A stretch of 63,403 nucleotides of DNA, counting the filler, from Octopus bimaculoides (Eukaryota): assembly GCF_001194135.2 (NCBI RefSeq). It is 6 parts of 6 records of this genome, joined end to end, with 100 filler letters (N's around TTAATTAATTAA, not from the genome) between each part and the next. Parts side by side here need not be neighbours in the genome. Positions count along the whole stretch, not along the records: positions 47,422 to 62,033 come from NC_069000.1; positions 62,134 to 63,403 come from NW_026316351.1; 4 more parts are not named here. One strand, written 5' to 3'. The notes beneath the pieces were generated by a model. It saw only the letters and a program-made list of their open reading frames with translations, had not been told where the DNA came from and did not search any database. Positions within the stretch are counted from its first letter, which is position 1; every line of letters starts with the position of its first letter. The position numbers and the translations under genes were made by a program. Of the stretch, positions 54,659-63,403 are shown one piece after another.

Positions 54659-54908
54659 CTGGAAACAGGAACGGAAAATGAAATATTCAATATCTAATTT
54701 GTACTGGAGTTGAACTATTCTTACATACAGTGACATAATTTTCTTTCGTTGTATATGCAAGCTGTCCCAAAAGTAACTGATGGGTTTCAATTTTTAATAA
54801 CTTCCTTAACGTTATAAATAAATGCTTGAAATTTTAATACAATATAAGGAAGATAATAGAAATTAAGATGCATCAGTTGAAAATTTGCAATACATGCCGT
54901 TTATAAGC

Positions 54909-55043
54909 GATCTGGTACATACATATCGGCTCCGAAATGATAAAAGGCAAGGTCGACCACGACGGGATTTGAATTCAGAACGTACAGAGAGTCAATCTCT
55001 AAGCATTTTGCCCGACGTGCTAACGATTCTTCCAACTCGCTGG
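54909..55043 (-). mobile_element. SINE family A, partial
   Basis: AAGGCAAGGTCGACC...TTTGAATTCAGAACGT...CGTGCTAACGATTC on the plus strand. Confidence 0.8.
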
Positions 55044-56750
55044 TTTCAGCTGTGAGATTATTAAAATGTTTTTGCTCGAGCAAATTTCTGATCAGAAACA
55101 TTTCAACCGTGAACATACCAATTTCTTTCTGACACAGTTTCTGTGGGACTACGTTATCTAATGTGACCTTCCTTTATGAGAGAGCATAGGTAATTGTACA
55201 CGAGGGATCTCTGTACTGTTTTTTACAGGCAGAGCGTTATCAAAATGTTATTCTTTTGGCCGTGACCATCCCGATTTTCTCTGACATAGTATGTTTAGGA
55301 CAACGCTACTTATGTTAGCTTTTTACATGAACATAACCAATGCAGACTGAGAGACAGTGTACAGGCATTCTACTATGCTCTGCACGCAAATAATTTTAGT
55401 TGGTAATATCAGATGTTCACTAGCATTAAAAATCGAAGAGACTAGATTACTCACGCTTTACGTCTACAATAGCGTTTGTATTAAACTTTAAATCTGGAAC
55501 GCGTCCAGAAAATTTGAGCTGGATGCAATCAATTAAATCGATATCAGTAATACGAACCAGTATTTATTCTATCGACTGCAGGTTCGTCAAAAAAAAAAAA
55601 AAGAAAAAAAAAAAGCGACCTCGGCACGAAATGAACTCAGAATACAAAGAGCTGTACCTAATCACCACAAAGAGATTTACTTATGCTAACTGAGCCACCA
55701 ACTCACCACTTTCAGTTAAAGCATTATTAAGAAATAATATGCTGGTGTTCTGACAAATTAAGGAAATTCCTTGCAGATTTTCTTCTACAATGTTTGGTGC
55801 TCCTCCTGGCATCAAGTAAATCTTAGTTTATGTGTTTTACTTAACATTTGTCTAAAAGAAATACATAAAAGAATAAATTGCTATATTCCGTACTAGTTCA
55901 CATTGTAAGCGACTCCAGGCATTTTCAACGTAAAAATTACTAACCTCAACAGATGGACACTCGTTCTGTTTCATACTTCTTATACAACCAGATATATCCA
56001 TACATCTGCACTTGTGTGAGTGCATGTTTATATGCACTAAGTGAGAAGGCAAAAAGGCTTGCATTAATACCGTCTAAGCTGCAGCAATATGTTCCTCGTA
56101 ACAAACAAACATCATATGCTGACTGGTATTGAAATTAGTGATGCCAGAAGCGAGAATAAAAGCATGGGGGTGTGGGAGCGAGAGAGGGGAGTAAGAAATA
56201 AATGGAAGAAAGAAAGAAAGAAGACTATGTTAATTAATGTCTTGATTATTCTGTACCCAAGCGCCACACTTAAACCGAAACTCAAAGTCAATTCAGTGCA
56301 GTATGTAAAAGATACCAAATTTGTAGTTCAAATCCCGCGAAAGAAGAACCTGCTTTTCCATTATTCCCGTCTGTTGATAGAATGAATTTGAGCTGAATTT
56401 GATCTATTCAAGTGGCTACACATCCTTACCTTAATATTGTGATCTTGTATCCTATGGTAAGGAAAATCAAACAGTAAAAGTTTGGGATCTGTCGTCCTTC
56501 TAGATTCGATAAAATAGATATCAGTTAAATACTGGTGTTACTATTATCGACCAATTCCTCTTACGAAATTATTATCCTTATCTTTAAATTAGAAATTATT
56601 TAGGATGGTGAAATGAAAAAAAAATAGTCCGTTCTACTCCGTATTATATTAGTTCTTCTTACAACCTGAGTTCATTAGAATAAGATGTATCATTTGAATA
56701 CAACTTTTATTTTCTTAAGCTATAATGTGCATCATATCTGTCGGACATAT

Positions 56751-57180
56751 TGGTTTCAAATTTTTGCACAAGACTAGCCAGTTCGGGGAGGGGGTGAATT
56801 ACGTATACTACATGGATCCCAGTGCACAACTGCGATTCATTTTATCGACCCCGAAAGGATGAAAGGCAAAGTCGATCTCGGCGGAATTTGAACTCGGAAC
56901 GTAAAGACAGTCGAAATACCGCTAGCCCCCGGCGTGCTAACGTTTCTTATTTCTTTATTGCCCACAAGGGGCTAAACATAGAGGGGACAAACAAGGATAG
57001 ACAAAGGAATTAAGTCGATTGCATCGACCCCAGTGCGTAACTGATGCTTAATTTATCGATCCCGAAAGGATGAAAGGTAAAGTCGACCTCGGTGGAATTC
57101 GAACTCAGAACGTAAAGACAGAGACAAAATACCGATAAACATTTCGCTCGACGTGCTAACGTTTCTGCCAGCGCACTGCG
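56751..57180 (-). mobile_element. Two abutting family A SINEs, one with an alternative tail
   Basis: 56946-57180 ends CCTTTGTC...GCCCCTTGTGGGCAATAAAGAAATA and runs directly into the 5'-clipped copy at 56751-56945. Confidence 0.85.
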
Positions 57181-57182
57181 TT

Positions 57183-57397
57183 AACCTGTACGTGAAATTA
57201 ACATGCAAGTGGTTGAATACTCCACAAACACGTGTTCACCTAATGTAATTCTCAAGGAGATTCAGCATGACATAGAATGTGTCACAGCCGTCCCATTGAA
57301 ATACAGGTACGACTCACTTTTGTCAGCTGCATAGACTGGAACAATGTAAAGTGAAGTGTCTTCTCAAGGGCACAACGCACCGCTGGGTATAGAACAT
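57183..57397 (-). mobile_element. SINE with D-type central domain and tail Z, diverged
   Basis: 57183-57310 matches the Z tail (GTGAAATTAAC.TGCAAGTGG...CACGTGT); 57311-57397 matches the D domain (CAGCTG...ACTGGA.CAA.GT.AA.T.AAGTGTCTT.CTCAAG..CACAACGC). Confidence 0.75.
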
Positions 57398-57590
57398 ATC
57401 TGTCGAACATTAAAACAAAGTAATTAAGCAATAAGGTTGAAGTTCATTTCGATTATATTTAAAAGTACAGTTTAGATTAATTGGAAAAATTTCAAAAGAA
57501 ACATTTGGAAATTCTTTGCTTGTGTCTAATATATTTGTATGCTTTTTTAAAATTTATTATTTATTTATTTTTACATTATTATTATTATTA

Positions 57591-58082
57591 AGGCAGTGAG
57601 CTAGCAGAATCGTTACCGCGCCGGACAAAATACTTAGCGGCATTTCGTCCGACTTTACGTTCTGAGTTCAAATCCCGCAGAGGTACACTTTATCTTTCAT
57701 CCGTTCGGAATCAATAAATTAAATACCAGTTGAGCACTGGGTCGATGGAAGCGAATTACCCACTCACCTGAAGTTAGCGGCCTTGAACCAAAGTTTGAAA
57801 TCAATATATTAGCATGTTTTTTTTGTTTTTTGTTTGTTTTTTTCCCATAAAGCAGGGAGCTGACTAAGTCGTTGGCACGCTTAGCAAAATATTTAGTACC
57901 ATTTCGTCCGACTTTACGATCCAAGTTCAAATTCCTCTGAGGTCGTCTTTGCCTTTCATCCTTGCGGCAGTCTATAAAAGCAAGTGCCAGGTAAAAACTG
58001 AGGGCGATGGAATCGATTTATCCCATCCCACCAAATTGCTGGTCTTGTCGCAAAATCTAAAATCAATATATTTACATGTTTT
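57591..58082 (+). mobile_element. Head-to-tail pair of family A SINEs
   Basis: Copies at 57591-57808 and 57850-58069. Confidence 0.85.
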
Positions 58083-59587
58083 CAAATATACTGGCTTACA
58101 CCGTGGAATTTCCCGCTAGTAATACATAATGATTTTAACCATAACAATAATTCTAATGTTTTTGCCGTATTTATATAAATATCTCTGTTACAATTATTAA
58201 GCATATTCGTCATCAGAAAGAAAACTGTGCTACGAATTTGGGTGTACACTAGATTCTTATTAAAATCTGTGTGTATAAAAATAATACTTATTTCTCAAAG
58301 AAGCGTAGCGAAACAACGTAGATAGTTCTTCTGTTTAATGTCTGCTACCGAAACCAGTTTGCTTTGTAAAAGAAATCTACGACAAACAAAACCAGAATTA
58401 TTTAACGATGGTAGAGGAGGTTGTGTGAAATATCGCTTAAGTGATAAGATATCTAAACTTTAGGCCTCAGAGAGTAATCTGCTTGTAACGATTTAATGCT
58501 GAGCCCAAGAAATTACAGGCTTTTCCTCTTTCTTCTACTTCGGGGATTGGTTCATAACATGTTCCACGGTTACAATTATTTTTTATATTACAGTGTCGAT
58601 CGGGCGTGAGGTATTACTAGTCACGATGTCCACCATATTGTGTCTTATCGATGACGTAGTGATGTGTTTATACTTGGCGAATGTAATCATTCGTTCCTTT
58701 ATAAACGCATTAGTCATTCAACTGTAGCCATACTAGAGTGCAGCATTTAAGTACACAGACAATTATATATATATATATATATATATATATNNNNNNNNNN
58801 NNNNNNNNNNNNNNNNNNNNNNNNNNNNNNNNNNNNNNNNNNNNNNNNNNNNNNNNNNNNNNNNNNNNNNNNNNNNNNNNNNNNNNNNNNNNNNNNNNNN
58901 NNNNNNNNNNNNNNNNNNNNNNNNNNNNNNNNNNNNNNNNNNNNNNNNNNNNNNNNNNNNNNNNNNNNNNNNNNNNNNNNNNNNNNNNNNNNNNNNNNNN
59001 NNNNNNNNNNNNNNNNNNNNNNNNNNNNNNNNNNNNNNNNNNNNNNNNNNNNNNNNNNNNNNNNNNNNNNNNNNNNNNNNNNNNNNNNNNNNNNNNNNNN
59101 NNNNNNNNNNNNNNNNNNNNNNNNNNNNNNNNNNNNNNNNNNNNNNNNNNNNNNNNNNNNNNNNNNNNNNNNNNNNNNNNNNNNNNNNNNNNNNNNNNNN
59201 NNNNNNNNNNNNNNNNNNNNNNNNNNNNNNNNNNNNNNNNNNNNNNNNNNNNNNNNNNNNNNNNNNNNNNNNNNNNNNNNNNNNNNNNNNNNNNNNNNNN
59301 NNNNNNNNNNNNNNNNNNNNNNNNNNNNNNNNNNNNNNNNNNNNNNNNNNNNNNNNNNNNNNNNNNNNNNNNNNNNNNNNTATATATATATACACACCCA
59401 CACATATATATGTAATAAATATATGCATACATATACATAAATATATATGGTATATCATATGATATGTGTGTGTGTGTGTGTGTGTCGCTGTCTCTGTTTG
59501 TTTAGGTGTGTATTCCAAAAGATATATAGAAATATAAAGAAACAGAAAGGAACTATATGACTACTGCCAGTAATGGTATATATTCAC

Positions 59588-59694
59588 TGTTTTTTAATCC
59601 CTGGCAAATCGAAATATTGACTGACAGTTCCATGTGTGTCTGCTAGAGTAATTGTGGTGAAGATATCAATGGTTAACAAGCGTCCATTAAAATA
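59588..59694 (-). CDS. Candidate 107-nt exon, gene unknown
   Basis: ttttcttcgtatcttttcag acceptor; single open frame YFNGRLLTIDIFTTITLADTHGTVSQYFDLPGIKK; weak donor CA|gtgaat. Confidence 0.2.
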
Positions 59695-60014
59695 CTGAAA
59701 AGATACGAAGAAAAATAAATAAACAAATAAACTGATAGATAGATAGATAGATAGAGAGATAAGACTGTTTCATTAATAGAAAAACAGACAGACAAATAGC
59801 GAGATAGGTAGGTAGGTTATGTAGGCAGATAGGATAGGATAGATAGGTAGGTAGGTAGGTAGGTAGGTAGGTAGGTAGGTAGGTAGGTATATAGTTAGAG
59901 AGAGAGAAAGAAAGAGAGAGAAAGAAAGAGAGAGACAAATAGATAGGTAGATAGATAGACAAATAGATAGAGAGATAGATAGATAGATAGATAGATAAAT
60001 AGACAGATAGATAA

Positions 60015-60060
<46 letters not shown>

Positions 60061-60687
60061 GGATGGATACATACATACATACATACATACATAGATTGTT
60101 CCATGAATAGACAGATAGATAGTTTGAGAGATACATAGACAGAGAGATAATCAACAGCTGTCCTGGATATTAACTGTATCATTTGTCAAACGCCTTTTAC
60201 AAAATGGCGCTTAATGTTAATACCTTCAGATTTCTTAATGGGAATCCATGGCAAGCATTAACGGCGTTAACAGACCGAAATTTTCCCTACCACTTAACAT
60301 TATGTTTTTTACTTTACCACCCTTCTTCTGTTTTCTTCGTTCTTTCTTTCTTTTTTTTTACTTTCTTTTTTTTCTTTACTGTAAGACTCAAGGCTTACAT
60401 ATTTAACAATACAACAATATCCACATCTACATCTGTTAGAATTATAGAGGGAGAAAGTAAGAAAAAATACAAGAACGATGGCCGATTTTTAGCAGAACAA
60501 TTTTGTTGTAAGACACTGACAAATGACTATAATACGAGAGCCATGATTTATCTGAGCATAAGGTCGTATGACATACATTTGTGTCATTAAATGCACACTC
60601 ACACACACACACACACACACACACACAAAGTACGTGCCTGTACACACACACACGCAAACACGCACAGACACACACATATGCACACGT

Positions 60688-60862
60688 GGAGCAGGCGTGG
60701 CTGTGTTGTACGAAGTTTCCTTCCCAATCATATGGTTCTGGGTTCAGTCCCACTGCGTGACACGCTGGGCAAGTATCTCCTAGTATAGGCTTGGACTGAC
60801 CAAGGGCTCGTGAGTAGATTTTAATTGGTGAAAACTGAAAGAAGCCCTTTGTATACATATAT

Positions 60863-60896
<34 letters not shown>

Positions 60897-60897
60897 A
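60688..60897 (+). mobile_element. SINE family C, head and body with (TG)n
   Basis: GCAGGCGTGGCTGTGT...GGGTTCAGTCCCACTGCGTG...CTGGGCAAGT...AAAACTGAAAGAAGCCC. Confidence 0.85.
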
Positions 60898-60899
60898 TG

Positions 60900-61361
60900 T
60901 GTCGGCCTCGGCGGAATTTGAACTCGGAACGTAGAGACGGGCGAAATGCCGCTAAGCATTTTGACCAGCGTGCTAACGGTTCTGCCAGCTCACCGCCTTT
61001 GCTTTTTTAAAAAATAAATTTATACAATAGATGGCGTATTATCTTTAATTTATTCTTTGAAGATACTTTTCTACTTTAGGCACAAGGCCCGAAATTTTGG
61101 CGGGGAGGGGAGTCAGTCGATTATATAGACCCCAGTACGCAACAGATACTTAATTTATCGACCCCGAAAGGATGAAAGGCAAAGTCGAACTCGGTGAGGT
61201 TTGAACTCAGAACGTAACGGCACACGAAATACCGCTAAGCATTTTGGCTGCTGTGCTAACGATTGTGCCAGCTCATCACCTTTGCTTGTTCTAATATATT
61301 CATACAATACATATCTTAGAGTAGATGGTGCTTTATCTTTAATTTATCATTTGAAAATACT
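60900..61361 (-). mobile_element. Two family A SINEs, each followed by a similar flank
   Basis: SINEs at 60900-60999 and 61064-61281; related flanks at 61000-61067 and 61283-61361. Confidence 0.85.
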
Positions 61362-62305
61362 ATGATATAAAACTCATTGTTAATTATGTTAAAAAAAACT
61401 CATTTTCGGGAGCCATTTTTTTTTGTACAAACTATGCAAGAAAGCTAATGATAACTCGGTAGTGTTACAAAGTTTAAACAAAAAATTAATGAAATTTTGA
61501 ATTTGCAGTAAAAGAGTAACGCAATGAAAATAAAAGAATTTTTTCGAGTTGAAAATCAATTCTTCATCCGATGCTATGATGTGATTGTAGTATTTTTTGT
61601 TTCCATGAAAGGAAATGATGAGACCAAAGCAAAGATTTACTGTGGGAAGTCTGCGACTATCAAATTCCGCGATATATCAGACAACGTTTATTATTTTTCC
61701 CTTTCTTACATATACATACTATTTTTTTTTTTACTTTTTCGCCAAGATTAAGTTGTAAAAGAAGTCTATTGTTCTGTGAGTGTAAAAGATACTCAGTTAC
61801 ACTATAAGGACACACGCACGCGCACAAACGCACACGTATGCACACACATATATACAGAAGTGTACACACACACACACACACACACACATACATTCATCGT
61901 AGATACTTCCATGCTTACAGACAGGCGGACGGAGAAATATAAAATGTATATGTATATGTGTGCAGGCGTGTTTATGGGTTTATATATATATATATATATG
62001 CGTGCATATATGTATATATATGTATATATATATNNNNNNNNNNNNNNNNNNNNNNNNNNNNNNNNNNNNNNNNNNNNTTAATTAATTAANNNNNNNNNNN
62101 NNNNNNNNNNNNNNNNNNNNNNNNNNNNNNNNNATTATACTTATTTATCGTGCTTTTACTTATTAATTTTTCTATATGTGACTTTGGATTTTCATGGATA
62201 AGTTCATGAACTTTGGTTCTTTTCTTTAAAACTATATATTTATATATTTTATACTGTGAAACTTAATTTAATTTTAATTTTTAATAAATTGAATTTAATC
62301 GAGTT

Positions 62306-63246
62306 TTTGGACATGTGGCAAGAATGGATGAGGATAGCTGTGTGAAAAAGTGCCACACCCTAGCAGTTGAGGGAACCTGTGGAAGAGGTAGACCCAGGAA
62401 GACCTGGGATGAGGTGGTGAAGCACAACCTTCGAACTTTAGGCCTCACCGAGGCAATGACCAGTAACCGGGACCTTTGGAAATATGTAGTCCGTGAGAAG
62501 ACCCAGCAAGGAAAGTGAGAGCATAATCTGTGACCTCTGCCAGAAGTGTAGCCAGCATACTTATTTGTATCCTTACTTCATTGGACACTAAAAACTCTGC
62601 TTGCGAAGACCTGTTGAGGCAAGTGAATTTGCAATTTGAAATCTGAAATCTGAAATCGAAATCGAACCGAATCCGACGACTGGCACCCATGCAAATCTCT
62701 CCTTCATTGGACACTAAACTCTACTTGTGAAGACCTGTTGGGGCAAGTGAAATCGAAATTGTAATTGAACCATACTCGATGACTGGCACCTGCGCCAGTG
62801 GAGCACTAACAGCATTGTCCGAGCATGTTCATTGCCAGAGCAGCTGTCTGGTTCCCGTGCTAGTGGCCCGTAAATAGCACCATTTGAGCGGAATCGTTAC
62901 CAGCGTCACCTTCTAGCACTTGTACTGGTGACACGTTAGAAAATCATTCGAGTGAGTTTGTTGCCAGTACCGCTGGACTGGCTCCCGTGCAGGTGGCACG
63001 TAAAAAACACCTTTTTGAGCGTGGCTGTTGACAGCACCATGTGACTAGCCCTCGTGTCGGTGGCACGTAAAAGCACCCACTACACTCTCGGAGTGGTTGG
63101 CGTTAGGAAGGGCATCCAGCTGTAGAAACTCTGCCAGATCAGATTGGAGCCTGGTGTAGCCTTCTGGCTTGCCAGTCCTCAGTCAAATCGTCCAACCCCG
63201 CTAGCATGGAAAGCGGACGTTAAACGATGACGATGATGATGATGAT
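62306..63246 (+). mobile_element. 5'-truncated RTE-clade LINE with long 3' UTR and (GAT)n tail
   Basis: FGHVARMDEDSCVKKC..VEGTCGRGRPRKTWDEVV..L..LGL..M..NRDLW (stop at 62518); ends GCTAGCATGGAAAGCGGACGTTAAACGATGACGATGATGAT. Confidence 0.9.
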
Positions 63247-63403
63247 ATATATAGCTGTGACTGGTGAAATATCACTATTTCTGTAATGATTTGTACTGGA
63301 TGAGGGACCAATTTTGTAAAGTAAACTGTAATTTTGTTATAAACACACATACACACACAGTGCTATACATATATGTGTATATACATAAATAGAAACATTC
63401 TTG

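Noticed and set aside
55710-55752. 43-nt minus-strand exon candidate
   Set aside because: Its GTGAGT donor is supplied by a decayed SINE A head, so it is not independent evidence.
58290-58330. Eroded hammerhead-like CTCAAAGAAGCGTAGCGAAACAACGTAG
   Set aside because: The CUGANGA core is broken and stem I pairs poorly; cannot be distinguished from chance.
62797-63080. CRISPR-like repeat-spacer array
   Set aside because: Whole units are homologous, with no unique spacers, and lie in a eukaryotic LINE UTR; no cas genes.

Overview
AT-rich, microsatellite-saturated, gapped eukaryotic DNA. The repeat landscape looks like octopus/cephalopod genomic DNA; this is inference from the repeat families, not a database match. 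No host gene can be named, and almost all listed ORFs are translations of simple repeats or N-gaps. What can be supported is mostly mobile DNA: (1) over 30 copies or fragments of tRNA-headed SINEs, called A-D here, with interchangeable heads and tails; (2) decayed or truncated LINEs of three clades (Tx1/L1, R4/Dong, RTE); (3) a decayed Helitron helicase with its 3' end, plus a second Helitron-type 3' end; (4) a mariner 3' end. Best hidden signals: a near-complete minimal type-I hammerhead ribozyme of Penelope type (43720-43805, minus), a Dong/R4 copy inserted into the (ATT)n tail of a SINE, an interstitial telomere-like array upstream of a Helitron-type end, a 66-nt hairpin, and a few minus-strand micro-exon candidates. 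Five N44-TTAATTAATTAA-N44 blocks are artificial joins, so adjacency across them is not guaranteed.
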